Virus record (IMG/VR): IMGVR_UViG_3300050150_000093
Coordinates: 1 to 63,832 of that record
DNA: 63,832 bases
Reading direction: 5' to 3' (one strand)
Source of the DNA: a virus
Taxonomy: Duplodnaviria; Caudoviricetes
Below are positions 36,801 through 45,520 of this stretch, one piece after another. Made by a program: the position numbers and the translations under genes. Below the pieces are notes generated by a model, which saw only the letters and a program-made list of their open reading frames with translations, was not told the origin of the DNA and did no database searches. Position 1 is the stretch's first letter, and each line of letters begins with the position of its first letter.

Positions 36801-37342
36801 TTCTGAACTCTGAAGATCCAGATAATCTACGTGATAAAACTTGGACAAAGCTTTCTCAACTTGGCGATGATGTTAGAAGCGATACGACAAATCGTAACGA
36901 TTTCAGAGAGTTCGAATACAGCTTTGCTGATATTCCATCAGTTACGGCTCTGACTGGGGTTGTTAGTGGAACATCTGGAGCAAACTCTGTTTCAGGAGTC
37001 TCAACCTTGTTCACTACAGAGTTAACTGTTGGAGATGTTGTTTCTATTCCAGGCGCTGGTGACACGTATCATGTTGCAAAGGTAACTGGTATTACGTCTA
37101 ACGTCGCTATTCAGTTGAGTTCAAATCTACCATGGACCGTTGGTGGTTCAAACGCTGGTAAGTTTGTGAACAATGAAGAAGCATTCCGGGATGTTACAAA
37201 TCTAGGTACAATCACATACTACAACGATAGTGCTAAGTTCCAAACATACAAGACCTATGCTATTAAAGTTGTTCTTCGTTCGTCGTCAGTAAACAGTGTT
37301 CCAAGATGTAGAGATCTTCGAGCCGTCGCTCTATCGGTATAA
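30845..37342 (+). CDS. Large virion structural protein, DUF4815/VrlC-like
   Basis: PFWDDYD...YRILFRP-VQARELTQ-Q-ILQNQIE; RRYTM-DI; FVD-F; DPIAQTF; DLKF-LYRA-F. Confidence 0.88.
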   Translation: MSTETNFNAAPFWDDYDEEKGYYRILFRPSMPVQARELTQSQTILQNQIERFGRNIFKDGTIIKGCSFIFDGAIDYVKVLDLQVDGQPVNASQFANTLVRNSANLSAVVIDTKDGLESQNPDLNTLYVKYQNAGSDNSRIFSPEDVISAYDRDFSIQRVEINDGGTGYSNNDSVVFTPSGASARLITDNLGTIQEVVVTSGGSDYTTTPTVAIANSAGGTANGTGASVVANTIIAQLTIAANTFASGNTVAYSPVGRGYSFRVNEGEIFQKGFFIRVEPQSVIVSKYTVAPDDLSVGFITRESVVNNNVDSSLLDNAQGVSNFSGPGAFRLKLTPELAVLSSEDAASSNTFFSLVDFENGRPIRIRQSSEYNVLGQEMARRTVEESGNYVVKQFPIFTDEIYANTTHFQARVGAGLAYVNGYRVEQLDTGSVGVRKGTDVVEAKSTSTSINYANYIEIQNMNGILPFNTTPAVSLRSAVSTGVASGAGTELGTARIRGLVYDRGTPGEPTAVYRLYIYDIRLVGGASFKDVKSVFYDGGGSPNNGASDIVLNASSAAEIFEPSFNGAIFKLGRKALKTIRNLTANNNTNYIYTSVDQGVSFSTSGSLQKNLTGSDTFPYSGTLNDTEERDFIFIARNAANASANGTGTVAVTSGANTVVGTGTSFLADYIIGDHVVFGTAEVRRIVNIANNTYMQVDSDLTSANASTIHKTTFPANVPIAFTGHPIRTIAVTGAGSTLTANLGINISNSLNVSAIYNVKRSNALQLTKNYNASVVVKIATNTAPNGASGPWCLGVPDAISISRVMKTTNGDYTTGAVDVTSHFSIDSGQKETHYGLAYLRKKPTSTLSIGAADYLTVTFSAFTHTNTGGGLGFFTVDSYPVDDSSSANVSTTIKTQNIPVFVSPTSGYGYDLRDSVDLRPIVSNTVVLTSNTALANVNPSSTETYTAVEKNFPAPNKIFTSDFQYYLGRYDKLALNSLGQFTIVEGSASEIPYPPSDVDGAMTLATVAVPPYPTLTTMSNSGRPDYTVKVTAKQTRRYTMADISKIDNRLQRVEYYTALNLLEKQTKDLIIPSSVDASMDRFKNGIFVDPFADFSISNVIDGEFTASIDEAAGELVPRFEQGKFDLKLSNTSGVVQTGDLVTLNYSETPLFGQAYASRVRNCVENYWSFTGKMVLTPSYDNYFETRTSPQNVMNIEIDNAATTLALVEQLNSIRAVNQPAPTATTTSSNNLVSSSTTTADDGSIWRDETYETIQSTITTQTRDMLNATISETSQQVGDFITDISFAPFIREQVVYIRAYGLKPRSQLWAFFDKVNVTAFCQPATFDATLSPSGTDTRAWMPYGRIGQGLVANDTGEVYGLLYIPADTFFVGDRELKLLDVDNLVSESAATTSTSVMFHAYNYAVSKSALTVSTRAADIDLTSSTTSSTTTTRSSSNLSTMVQGPPAPVVQAPEPLPDPGPAIDFAEPDASWWWWDDIFRNIASVDPIAQTFSVTSDHTRGQEGLFITSLDVFFQRKDPIMGVTVELRLTENGYPSKIVVPFGRKHLTSSQINVSETAATATNVLFDSPIFLKAGQEYAFVIIPDGNSPEYLIWCAQVGGTDITNTSLQIRSDWGEGVLFTSTNNSAWQSVQNEDLKFRLYRAEFSTSAGTLTIANKSEELLSGTILQTTTPSASANTRSRNRSGFAQGELAFNYSNTYVLTGSVSFTSNSSVVTGTGTNFLTSLSAGKYVTLSNNATLTSNVLATSTWFDVFEVQAVTNNTSFVIRGQPKFSATGVKALQAPVGKVFLNDELQSKVHLTDSTTANSTHKFTVGETLVGSLTGTVMLIDSIDDQTISHFQPLIYRTGVSGTSIAPSVSLYDSTFVSRGSYPIKFNDTNYITGFDAIVGSRTNEIAEGVNKTLSVDLALTTNNSIVSPCVDLQASSIIYYKNLINDDSTGEAGPSGDAISKYVSKTIVLADGQDSEDIKVYLTAYKPVGADIDVYVRLLNSEDPDNLRDKTWTKLSQLGDDVRSDTTNRNDFREFEYSFADIPSVTALTGVVSGTSGANSVSGVSTLFTTELTVGDVVSIPGAGDTYHVAKVTGITSNVAIQLSSNLPWTVGGSNAGKFVNNEEAFRDVTNLGTITYYNDSAKFQTYKTYAIKVVLRSSSVNSVPRCRDLRAVALSV

Positions 37343-37344
37343 AG

Positions 37345-37560
37345 ATGAATCTAATAGATACAGATGCTCCTTTTTTAAAAAAGGATCCTTCCTCGGGAGC
37401 TGTTCTAAATACTGATAATGCTGGTTACGAAGCACACAAACGAATGCGTAAAGCTAAGCTTTTAGAAAAGCAAAGCACAAACAATCGTCTCCTGATGCTC
37501 GAAAACGGTCTTGAAGAAATTAAACAGTTATTGCTGAGACAGCTTGAACAGCAAAAATAA
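37345..37560 (+). CDS. Small protein typically following the VrlC-like gene
   Basis: KDP-SGAVLNTD-Y...LE-EIK-LL. Confidence 0.75.
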   Translation: MNLIDTDAPFLKKDPSSGAVLNTDNAGYEAHKRMRKAKLLEKQSTNNRLLMLENGLEEIKQLLLRQLEQQK

Positions 37561-37569
37561 AGGTATTAG

Positions 37570-39171
37570 ATGTCCAAAGCAGTTGCAAATGTAAACCCGA
37601 GTTATGACACATTTAGTGTTCTATACGATAGATTAAATCTAACGTTAGATGCTCTGTCAACCATTGTTGTAACAACGTTTGCAAACAGTGCTGGTGGAAC
37701 GACTTCTGGAAATGGATATGTTGAAGGAATCTTCGGTTCTAATACGTTATTTGCTACTGCTGGATTACGGGGTGGTGGTGTTACTGCGTCCGCAAATTTA
37801 ACCATAAGTTCAAATACCATACAAGGTGGAACAGTTGCTCAGTTCAACTCTAACGTCAATGTTCTTGGAGTAAACACAACTCTTTCATCAAACGTGACTA
37901 ATGTTGTTGGCAATAACTTCTTAGTATCTTCAAACACTACGTTTTCAAATACTACGTTCTTTACATCTCCAGCTACATTCAATTCAAACGTAGCTGTTAA
38001 TGGTACGGCGTTTGCTATTACATCTAACGTAAATGCCACAGGAGCTAACGTATTCTTCAACAGTGCTAAAGTATCTGTTCAAGGAACTTCGGGCGTGTTT
38101 GAAGTTACGAGCAACACAAATCTAAATGCAGCTAACGTAACAATCCAAGGCGGTACTTTAGATCTTGTATCTACTCTAACAAAAGCTATACCAAGCGCTA
38201 ACGCAAATCAGTTAGGCAACACCGTAGCTCGTTGGGCACTAGTTGCTACTACTGGTAACTTCAACAGCACATTGACTGCAAGTGGTGTTATTAACGCTTC
38301 TGCTAACGTATCGTTGACTGGCGGTCAATTAACTGTGTCATCTAACGTATCGTTGACAGGTGGTAACACATCAATTACGTCAACCAACACTACTATCGGT
38401 TCAACAAACTTAAGCATAACTGCAAACACAACACACACGTCTAACAGTTACACAGTGAACTCAAACAACGTTGTGTTCGGTGGTGTAGCAATAACTATTA
38501 ATGCTAACACAACAATCGGTGGAACGTTCTTAAACCTAAACACCACCGGAATAACTTTCGGTGGAACTACTGTAACAAACAACGCTAACAATGTTCTTGC
38601 TGGTGCTAACAATACTGTTACGGGTAAATTTACTGTTACGGGTTTGACGGTATTAAACGGTAATACGACCATAAATGCGGTTGCAACCTTTGGAGCTAAC
38701 ACTGTTCCATCATCAAACGGTATAAGTCTTGGTACTACTTCACAGCGTTGGAATGTATTTGCTAATAGCATTACCACAACCAGTGTATCAGCGAATACAA
38801 TTACGACAGCAAATGTTGCCGCGAATAGTGTACTAATTGGTGGTATAGCTGAGCAACTAACATTCTACGTTTCCGACTTAGGATCTAACACAACATCTGC
38901 TCAAACGGTTGCACAGATACCTCGATCGGTTTACAGATCAGGTCACATAAATATACAGTTAAAGAATGCAAATAACACGAGTTATCAATACAGTGAAACG
39001 ATTTATGTCCATGACGATAATGATACGTATGTTACAACTTATGGTGTGGTTTATAGCAACACCCAGATTGGAACCGTTGGTGCTTACATTAATGGTGCTA
39101 ACGTAGACATTAGAGTATTACAAACTGTCGGAAATCTTGAAGCTCGTGTTGTTGGACACCTAATTAAATAA
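37570..39171 (+). CDS. Tail fibre-like beta-rich structural protein
   Basis: N/T/S/G/V-rich; LG-T-RW repeats; C-terminal YRS...E-VHD...YG domain. Confidence 0.75.
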   Translation: MSKAVANVNPSYDTFSVLYDRLNLTLDALSTIVVTTFANSAGGTTSGNGYVEGIFGSNTLFATAGLRGGGVTASANLTISSNTIQGGTVAQFNSNVNVLGVNTTLSSNVTNVVGNNFLVSSNTTFSNTTFFTSPATFNSNVAVNGTAFAITSNVNATGANVFFNSAKVSVQGTSGVFEVTSNTNLNAANVTIQGGTLDLVSTLTKAIPSANANQLGNTVARWALVATTGNFNSTLTASGVINASANVSLTGGQLTVSSNVSLTGGNTSITSTNTTIGSTNLSITANTTHTSNSYTVNSNNVVFGGVAITINANTTIGGTFLNLNTTGITFGGTTVTNNANNVLAGANNTVTGKFTVTGLTVLNGNTTINAVATFGANTVPSSNGISLGTTSQRWNVFANSITTTSVSANTITTANVAANSVLIGGIAEQLTFYVSDLGSNTTSAQTVAQIPRSVYRSGHINIQLKNANNTSYQYSETIYVHDDNDTYVTTYGVVYSNTQIGTVGAYINGANVDIRVLQTVGNLEARVVGHLIK

Positions 39172-39179
39172 GGACTTAG

Positions 39180-41819
39180 ATGGTCGACCGTAATTTTGAA
39201 ATCGACACCGGCTTAAAGGTTGACGGTGATACCACTCTTGGAGCAAACGCTCAAGTTGCGGGAAGCGTTACTGTCGGTGGCGACTTAACGGTTACTGGTA
39301 ACCTAAACTTCACTGTTTCAGGGAGTGGTGATTTTATTCCCACCACAACTGGTTTCTTGTTGGGTAATACATCTAACCGATGGTCTCTGAATGCATTAAC
39401 TTCAAACTTCTCGGGCGTTGCTACGTTCGGTAACCAAGTAATATTCAACGCCGCTAACTCAACAATATCTTCTTTCCGTGTTCCGCATGGATCTGATCCG
39501 TCAGCGCCGACGAATGGTGATCTTTGGACTAAAACAACTGGAGCTTTCTTCAGAATAAACGGTGTTACAAAGACGCTAGCTTTTATTGATTCAAATATTA
39601 GTGGTACGTCTTTATCTGCAAACACATTAACAACAGGTCGCAAGATCAACCTAAGTGGTGATGTTACAGGAAATACAACATTCGATGGATCATCTGATGT
39701 AACGATCCCTGTTGTTTTCGGAACATTAGTTAATCTTACTGTAAGCAATACAGCCACTTTAGTTAACACAGCCATCACTAGCTTGAATGTCAGTGGCATT
39801 TCAACGTTCGCTGCTAATACTATACCATCAGCAAATTCTAACAACTTGGGTATTTCGACAAAACGTTGGAATATGTTTGGTACTAACATTGATCTAAGTG
39901 GTGCTTTAACTGTTGCTGGTACAGCTGCTATTACAGGTAACCTAAGTGTCGCATCCATTAGTTCAAACTCAACAGTTCTAGCACTTCAGAGCGCGTTAGC
40001 CTCATCTCCAACGGCAAATGTATCTTTTGTTGTAAATCGCGGAACTTCTGCTAACTCGAGTTTCGTTTGGGACGAAACAAATGATGTGTGGTTAATCAAC
40101 ACTGCGGGAACTCTTCAGCGCTTAGTCGTCAGTGATAGTGGAGCTAATAGCTGGGCAATCAACATCACAGGAGCTGCAGGAACAGCAAGTGTTGCGGGCA
40201 CTGCTGGTACTGCCAACAACTCGCTTTATTTGGGATCACAGCTTCCAGCATATTATACAAATGCTGGTAATATGGATGCTGGGACACTACCAGCGGCTCG
40301 GCTAACTGGTACGTATGCTATATCTGTTTCAGGTAATGCCAATACTGCAAACGTAGCCACGCTAGCAACAACAGCTACCAATGCTACCAACGCTACGAAT
40401 GCTAACACCCTAAACGGACAATCGGCTTCGTTTTATACAGATATTCCTGCTCGTCTTGGATATACGCCCGTTAACGCGAGTGGGGGAGTTTTAACGACCG
40501 CGCCGCAATTTTTAATGCCGACGGTGTTTGCATCTGTAGCAAATACTTCGGCGTCTGGTCAGGGTGCGTTAAGAGTTTATCAAGCCAACTCAACAGTAGG
40601 TGGCTCATTCATTGAATTCCATAACGTTTCTCGTCATGCAGTGTATTTCGGGTTAGATGCTGACAACACACTACGATATGGTGGATTCTCTGCAGGCGCT
40701 GTAGCTTATAAGGTTTGGCATGGGGGTCAGCAAGGTGCTGGAACCGGAATGGATGCCGATCTTCTTGATGGTCAGCATGGTTCGTACTATTCGAACGCTT
40801 CTAATATCAGTAGCGGCACATTGGGAACCGGTCTGCTATCGGGAACATATGGTATCTCTATATCTGGCACCGCTAACAATGCTACGAATTTCAACGGTCA
40901 AGCAGCATCATACTACGCAAATGCCACAAACGTTACAAGCGGCACATTATCGGATGCTCGTCTTCCTAGCTCAATGTCTTCAAAGACCTTTACGTCTGCT
41001 ATTGCCGTTCAAGGTAATATAACTATACAAAACGGTGATCTGATTTCCTACCGTACGGGCGGCACAACAGGCATGCTAGCGTTGAATAGTGCCGCCGATC
41101 GTTTTCTTTATTATGATGGTACTAGCTATATTCTAAATGGCGCCAACCTATACATTAATACTGGTTTAGCTTGGCATAGTGGTAATGATGGCGCTTCTTC
41201 AGGGTTAGATGCTGACTTACTTGATGGCCAGCATGGTTCGTATTATTCCAATGCTTCGAATATTAGTACTGGCACGCTAGGAACGAGTTTCCTATCAGGC
41301 ACATATGGTATCTCAATATCTGGTACCGCTAATAACTCAACTAATTTCAACGGTCAAGCGGCATCATACTACGCAAATGCTTCTAACCTCGGTTCCGGTA
41401 CTGTAGCGGATGGTCGTCTTCCTACGACTATGTCGGGCAAGAATTTTAGCAGCAACGTTGCTGTAACTGGAACCTTTACAACTACTGGTAACGTTGCTGT
41501 AACTGGTAACGTTGCTGTAACCGGAAGCTTTACGGCTACCGGTGATGTTACAGCTTACTTTTCTTCCGACAGAAGACTGAAGACAAATATTACGCCTGTT
41601 ACTGGTGCGTTAGAAAAGATCCTTAAGATTGGTGGATATACATACGATCGTCTCGATAGAGATGAGCACGAAATCGGAGTTATCGCTCAAGAGATTGAAG
41701 CAATCCTACCGGGTGTAGGAATTGTAGCTACTCGTGAAAACGGAATGATGGCGGTACGATATGAAAAGCTTGTCCCACTACTCATCGAAGCTATTAAGGA
41801 ATTGGCATCTAGGAAATGA
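39180..41819 (+). CDS. Long tail fibre with C-terminal intramolecular chaperone (peptidase S74)
   Basis: DADLLDG repeats; SDRRLKTNI...GVIAQE...V-YEKLVPLLIEAIKEL. Confidence 0.9.
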   Translation: MVDRNFEIDTGLKVDGDTTLGANAQVAGSVTVGGDLTVTGNLNFTVSGSGDFIPTTTGFLLGNTSNRWSLNALTSNFSGVATFGNQVIFNAANSTISSFRVPHGSDPSAPTNGDLWTKTTGAFFRINGVTKTLAFIDSNISGTSLSANTLTTGRKINLSGDVTGNTTFDGSSDVTIPVVFGTLVNLTVSNTATLVNTAITSLNVSGISTFAANTIPSANSNNLGISTKRWNMFGTNIDLSGALTVAGTAAITGNLSVASISSNSTVLALQSALASSPTANVSFVVNRGTSANSSFVWDETNDVWLINTAGTLQRLVVSDSGANSWAINITGAAGTASVAGTAGTANNSLYLGSQLPAYYTNAGNMDAGTLPAARLTGTYAISVSGNANTANVATLATTATNATNATNANTLNGQSASFYTDIPARLGYTPVNASGGVLTTAPQFLMPTVFASVANTSASGQGALRVYQANSTVGGSFIEFHNVSRHAVYFGLDADNTLRYGGFSAGAVAYKVWHGGQQGAGTGMDADLLDGQHGSYYSNASNISSGTLGTGLLSGTYGISISGTANNATNFNGQAASYYANATNVTSGTLSDARLPSSMSSKTFTSAIAVQGNITIQNGDLISYRTGGTTGMLALNSAADRFLYYDGTSYILNGANLYINTGLAWHSGNDGASSGLDADLLDGQHGSYYSNASNISTGTLGTSFLSGTYGISISGTANNSTNFNGQAASYYANASNLGSGTVADGRLPTTMSGKNFSSNVAVTGTFTTTGNVAVTGNVAVTGSFTATGDVTAYFSSDRRLKTNITPVTGALEKILKIGGYTYDRLDRDEHEIGVIAQEIEAILPGVGIVATRENGMMAVRYEKLVPLLIEAIKELASRK
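40715..41422 (+). repeat. Internal duplication (~85 aa unit, two copies) in the tail fibre
   Basis: WH...DADLLDGQHGSYYSNASNIS-GTLGT-LSGTYGISISGTANN-TNFNGQAASYYANA...DxRLP at ~40715-40967 and ~41172-41423. Confidence 0.9.
41453..41523 (+). repeat. Short NVAVTG-encoding repeats
   Basis: AACGTTGCTGTAAC three times, two of them in tandem with an 18-nt period. Confidence 0.8.
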
Positions 41820-42268
41820 ATATAAATGCTGACAAGGGACTCAGTATCAAAGGTAACACTTCGATAACGGGAAATGAGTCAGTATCTGGTTCCCTTCAAG
41901 TTTCGGGTAGTATAACTTCGGGTGGTAGTATAACTGCTGCCGGAAGCATAACACAGGGAGCATCAGACGCTCGACTCAAAGATAATAAAGAACCAATACA
42001 AAACGCTCTAGTGAAGTTGAATCAACTTACAGGGTATGAGTTTGATTGGAATTTAGACCTTTGCGAAATGGTAGGATACAACCCTACATATATTCATGAG
42101 CATGGAGTAATTGCTCAAGAAGTAGCTGCCGTAGTACCAGATGCTGTGAGACCGTCAGGATTCAATAACGAATATTTGACCGTAGCATATGAACGGCTAG
42201 TTCCACTTTTGATTGAAGCAATTAAAGAGTTGCAGCGAGAAGTTGCAGAACTAAAGGAAGTCAAATGA
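41816..42268 (+). CDS. Mini fibre tip plus peptidase S74 chaperone
   Basis: About 49 aa of beta repeats, then SDARLKDN...HGVIAQEV...V-YERLVPLLIEAIKEL. Confidence 0.88.
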   Translation: MNINADKGLSIKGNTSITGNESVSGSLQVSGSITSGGSITAAGSITQGASDARLKDNKEPIQNALVKLNQLTGYEFDWNLDLCEMVGYNPTYIHEHGVIAQEVAAVVPDAVRPSGFNNEYLTVAYERLVPLLIEAIKELQREVAELKEVK

Positions 42269-42636
42269 GCACAATAGAATTTACATTCAAGGTGTTAGAA
42301 ACGTTACCGGGTCCATCGCTATTGGTACAATACGTTCCTGTGGATACTTCGTACAAATCCAAGATTTTAAAGATCACTATAGCAGCGACTGATCTTAGTG
42401 ATCATGAATTGGTTAAGAAGAAGATTCAACATGCAGCTCCAAGCGTCGAATGGACGGAAGAAAAGAAGGCTGCAGAAGATGGTGATTACAAAACGGCTCT
42501 ATTGTTGCTACAAGGCTTAACAGGTACAGCAGCCACTACCGCTCCTGTTGGGCCACCAGTTGCTCCTCCTAAAATACCAGATGTGTTAGAAACAAGCATT
42601 TCAACATATCCAGTCGAAACATCGGAAGAAATATAA
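42265..42636 (+). CDS. Tail fibre-associated hypothetical protein
   Basis: Coupled ORF within the fibre module. Confidence 0.65.
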   Translation: MSTIEFTFKVLETLPGPSLLVQYVPVDTSYKSKILKITIAATDLSDHELVKKKIQHAAPSVEWTEEKKAAEDGDYKTALLLLQGLTGTAATTAPVGPPVAPPKIPDVLETSISTYPVETSEEI

Positions 42637-43304
42637 TGAGCCTACCGAGTTCAGGAACATTATCCATTGCTGAAATAGTAGCTGAATTTGGTGGATCTGC
42701 TCCTCACTCTCTATCAGAATATTATAGAGGTGGTGGCTTAGTTCCAAATACTGGAATGAATTCTGCCGTCCCAACATCAGGTGCTATATCTGTTAGCAAT
42801 TTTTATGGTGCTACAAACACTATAATAACATCAGCCGTAGCTAGTAGTATGGGAGCGTTGTATTCAGACAGTGGTTCTGAAGGTGATCCTGAAGGGCTTT
42901 ATGGTGAATTTGTTCACTATGTTTATGGATATCAAAGTTCTTCTTATAATACACCTACGCCCGCTGGCTTTCCTCCTGGCGCTCCAGGTACTGGTTCGAT
43001 TACGCCATCCACTCACAATGGGCGTGATATAGCTGCGTACGGTTATACACACATCTATTTTTACACTCAAGATAAAGGGGGTAACCCCGGTGAAACTGCA
43101 AACTATACAAACACTTGGTGTTCACTATCAGGAGATTCAACTGGATTCAGTGTTTCTTTCAACGTCGATGGAACTTCTGTCGGTGTAATTACAGGTGAAT
43201 ATGATGCTGACAGCGGAACCACATATTATTTACTTGGGTCAACAACCGGTTCAACTCCACTATATCTTTCCGGATCAACTTGGACGTTAACGTTAACAAC
43301 ATAA
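42636..43304 (+). CDS. Putative fibre-tip adhesin / receptor-binding protein
   Basis: LPSSG-LS-I-EFGGS-P-SLSEYYRGG-VP...PTSGAIS-SNFYG N-terminus, recalled from genes following S74 fibres; G/Y/T-rich C-terminus. Confidence 0.65.
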   Translation: MSLPSSGTLSIAEIVAEFGGSAPHSLSEYYRGGGLVPNTGMNSAVPTSGAISVSNFYGATNTIITSAVASSMGALYSDSGSEGDPEGLYGEFVHYVYGYQSSSYNTPTPAGFPPGAPGTGSITPSTHNGRDIAAYGYTHIYFYTQDKGGNPGETANYTNTWCSLSGDSTGFSVSFNVDGTSVGVITGEYDADSGTTYYLLGSTTGSTPLYLSGSTWTLTLTT

Positions 43305-44062
43305 TGACAAAAACTAACATGCCCTGGCAAGGGTTTAAAAACATTGATCAAAAATTTGTATATGCTGTTGCTCCTGATACAACACCAGAGCACGGTTTCC
43401 ATATTTTTGAATTCCAAGTACCCAAAGCTCAAGAGGCGAAGCAAGTTAAGCATCCCGATAACTCATTGCTGTATATTACTGAAAACGTACAAATAGCAGT
43501 TGGTGGTCAGTATCAATGGATCTGGTCTTTCAAGCCAGAACAAAAGCAACAAGTAGAACATTTGGAGTCTAATGTAGAGCTACTGACAAACGGTGCTCTA
43601 GATCCAAATATGTCATTTGTGTTTGATTATGACAACAATATCATTACTGGAACGCAACGTCCGTATGACGAATGGGTGAAGCCAGGCGTTTGGAGTGATG
43701 CTTCTCATGTACTAACAACATGGCTTCCATATACTAGTCGCTCTTTAGCTCCTTGTACGATGACATGCCTAATGCATACTGATGTATTTGCGTGGAACAA
43801 GCAAGTGACTTATCTAACGAGTGGCAGTTCAACTAGTTTACCGATTATTAAAGATTCAACCGATCGTTACGTAACGGTTGTTACGGGAAATGGTACACTT
43901 AATAGTAAACCAATTGAAGCAGGCAAGAGTTATCATTTAACATCAAAACCTGGAAAACTAAAAGCATTATCAGAGCGAATGGACGTCATATTCCACCAAC
44001 GAGTAGCTGATGATTATGCCTTCACTCGTTTAGGAATTACTAACCCAAAGGAGGAAGTGTAA
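43304..44062 (+). CDS. Hypothetical protein
   Basis: TAATG coupling at both ends. Confidence 0.7.
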   Translation: MTKTNMPWQGFKNIDQKFVYAVAPDTTPEHGFHIFEFQVPKAQEAKQVKHPDNSLLYITENVQIAVGGQYQWIWSFKPEQKQQVEHLESNVELLTNGALDPNMSFVFDYDNNIITGTQRPYDEWVKPGVWSDASHVLTTWLPYTSRSLAPCTMTCLMHTDVFAWNKQVTYLTSGSSTSLPIIKDSTDRYVTVVTGNGTLNSKPIEAGKSYHLTSKPGKLKALSERMDVIFHQRVADDYAFTRLGITNPKEEV

Positions 44063-44487
44063 TGTCAGGTTTTCTAGCAAAAGCTGTAGCACTCGGAACA
44101 GGTATTGATATTAAAGCTATCTTAGGTTTTGTTGTGAAGCAATTGCCAATTATAATTGTGATTGGTGTGCTAACATACTTTGTTCTTGACTACACTAAAA
44201 CAAAAGCAAACCAAGCTACTTTAACGGCCAACTATGATACACTTAGCAAAGCACACAAAGAGCTTAATGATACCTTTGAAGAGTTCAAGGGCAATCAAAC
44301 AAATCTAAACAAATCGTTTGGTGCTAAAGCGGCACTAAGCCAACACCAAACGAAGATACGAGGAGAAATTGGTAATGTACAAGTTAAAGGCAGTGATCGT
44401 CCCTTTGTTGATGATCCTGGTCTGCGGGAACGTGTTGACCGGATGCGAAACTATCAAGAAAGTTCGCCCGTCTATAGCGTTCAATAA
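44062..44487 (+). CDS. Inner-membrane spanin (Rz-like)
   Basis: One N-terminal TM plus coiled coil; overlaps a lipoprotein gene. Confidence 0.8.
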   Translation: MSGFLAKAVALGTGIDIKAILGFVVKQLPIIIVIGVLTYFVLDYTKTKANQATLTANYDTLSKAHKELNDTFEEFKGNQTNLNKSFGAKAALSQHQTKIRGEIGNVQVKGSDRPFVDDPGLRERVDRMRNYQESSPVYSVQ

Positions 44488-44752
44488 AGAAACAGTACCG
44501 ACTGTTCCAGAGCAGTTTGAGTGTGGACCTGCAGTCGAAAAGCTTCCTAGTGGAGAAATTGTTAAAGAATGGCCTTCAGCTAGATTGTTGGAATATGCTA
44601 TTGACTCGTGGTTATGGGGTGAGAGTTGTGCAGTTTCTAATAGGTTGAATAAGCATTACTTTGCATGCGCTAAAGGTGACAAGAAAGAATGTGAGACATT
44701 TAAGACCTTCACTGAAGAAGTACGCGAACGACGTCAGTCCAAAGATAAATAG
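44375..44752 (+). CDS. Outer-membrane spanin lipoprotein (Rz1-like)
   Basis: Lipobox VLTG-C; AGGAG RBS; starts inside the i-spanin in another frame. Confidence 0.8.
   Translation: MYKLKAVIVPLLMILVCGNVLTGCETIKKVRPSIAFNKETVPTVPEQFECGPAVEKLPSGEIVKEWPSARLLEYAIDSWLWGESCAVSNRLNKHYFACAKGDKKECETFKTFTEEVRERRQSKDK
44744..44751 (+). promoter_or_regulatory. Late promoter
   Basis: GATAAATA upstream of gp13. Confidence 0.6.
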
Positions 44753-44776
44753 ATCGAGTTAAAGTAAGGGCGCGAT

Positions 44777-45517
44777 ATGGCTGTACCAACAACAAGATCA
44801 GAGTTTTCAGAATACTGCTTACGCAGACTAGGTAAGCCCGTCATCAACATCGACGTTACAACTGACCAAGTTGATGATCGGGTTGATGACGCTCTTAAAC
44901 TATTCAGAGACTATCACTTCGATGGTAGTAACAAATATTACTTAAAACACCAAATAACAGACCAAGATAAAATCAACAAGTACATCACAGTACCGGAAGA
45001 TATTACTGGCATAAGTCGAATCTTCTCATTAAGTGGTATATCTCCAAGCGGTAACATCTTCGACGTTCGATATCAAATTGCTTTGAATGATTTGTACACC
45101 CTAACATCAGTGTCGATGACGCCATACTTCATGACGATGCAGCACCTTTCGTTTCTTGAAACGTTATTGGTTGGTGAAAAACCAATCCGGTTCAACCGTT
45201 ATGAAAACAAGCTTTTTGTGGATACGGATTGGAACAAGCTAGGAACAGGTCAATATATCTTAGCTGAATGCTTGCAAGCTGTTGATCCAGAAGAGTATTC
45301 GGAAGTGTGGAGCGATCCATGGCTTGCAGATTATACTACACAGTTGATTAAACAACAGTGGGGCGAAAACATTAAGAAGTTTGGTGGAATGCAAATGCCT
45401 GGTGGTATTGTATTCAACGGTGATAAAATTTGGCAAGAAGCTGAAGAAAAGATCCAAGAACTACGCCAACGGTTAAAAGACGACTATACAATGCCACTAG
45501 ATTTCTTAGTGGGGTAA
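44777..45517 (+). CDS. 13: Neck protein gp13
   Basis: YCLRRLGKPVINI-V-DQ-DDR-D-AL...HFDG; KQQWG-N-KF-G-PGG. Confidence 0.95.
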   Translation: MAVPTTRSEFSEYCLRRLGKPVINIDVTTDQVDDRVDDALKLFRDYHFDGSNKYYLKHQITDQDKINKYITVPEDITGISRIFSLSGISPSGNIFDVRYQIALNDLYTLTSVSMTPYFMTMQHLSFLETLLVGEKPIRFNRYENKLFVDTDWNKLGTGQYILAECLQAVDPEEYSEVWSDPWLADYTTQLIKQQWGENIKKFGGMQMPGGIVFNGDKIWQEAEEKIQELRQRLKDDYTMPLDFLVG

Positions 45518-45520
45518 TAG

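Noticed and set aside
39251-39958. 235-aa antisense ORF and similar ones within structural genes
   Set aside because: They mirror T/N/G/V-rich fibre and baseplate genes and have no motifs or expression signals.
40715-41422. Diversity-generating retroelement TR/VR pair
   Set aside because: Differences are mostly synonymous and not adenine-specific, both copies are in frame in one gene, and no reverse transcriptase is present.
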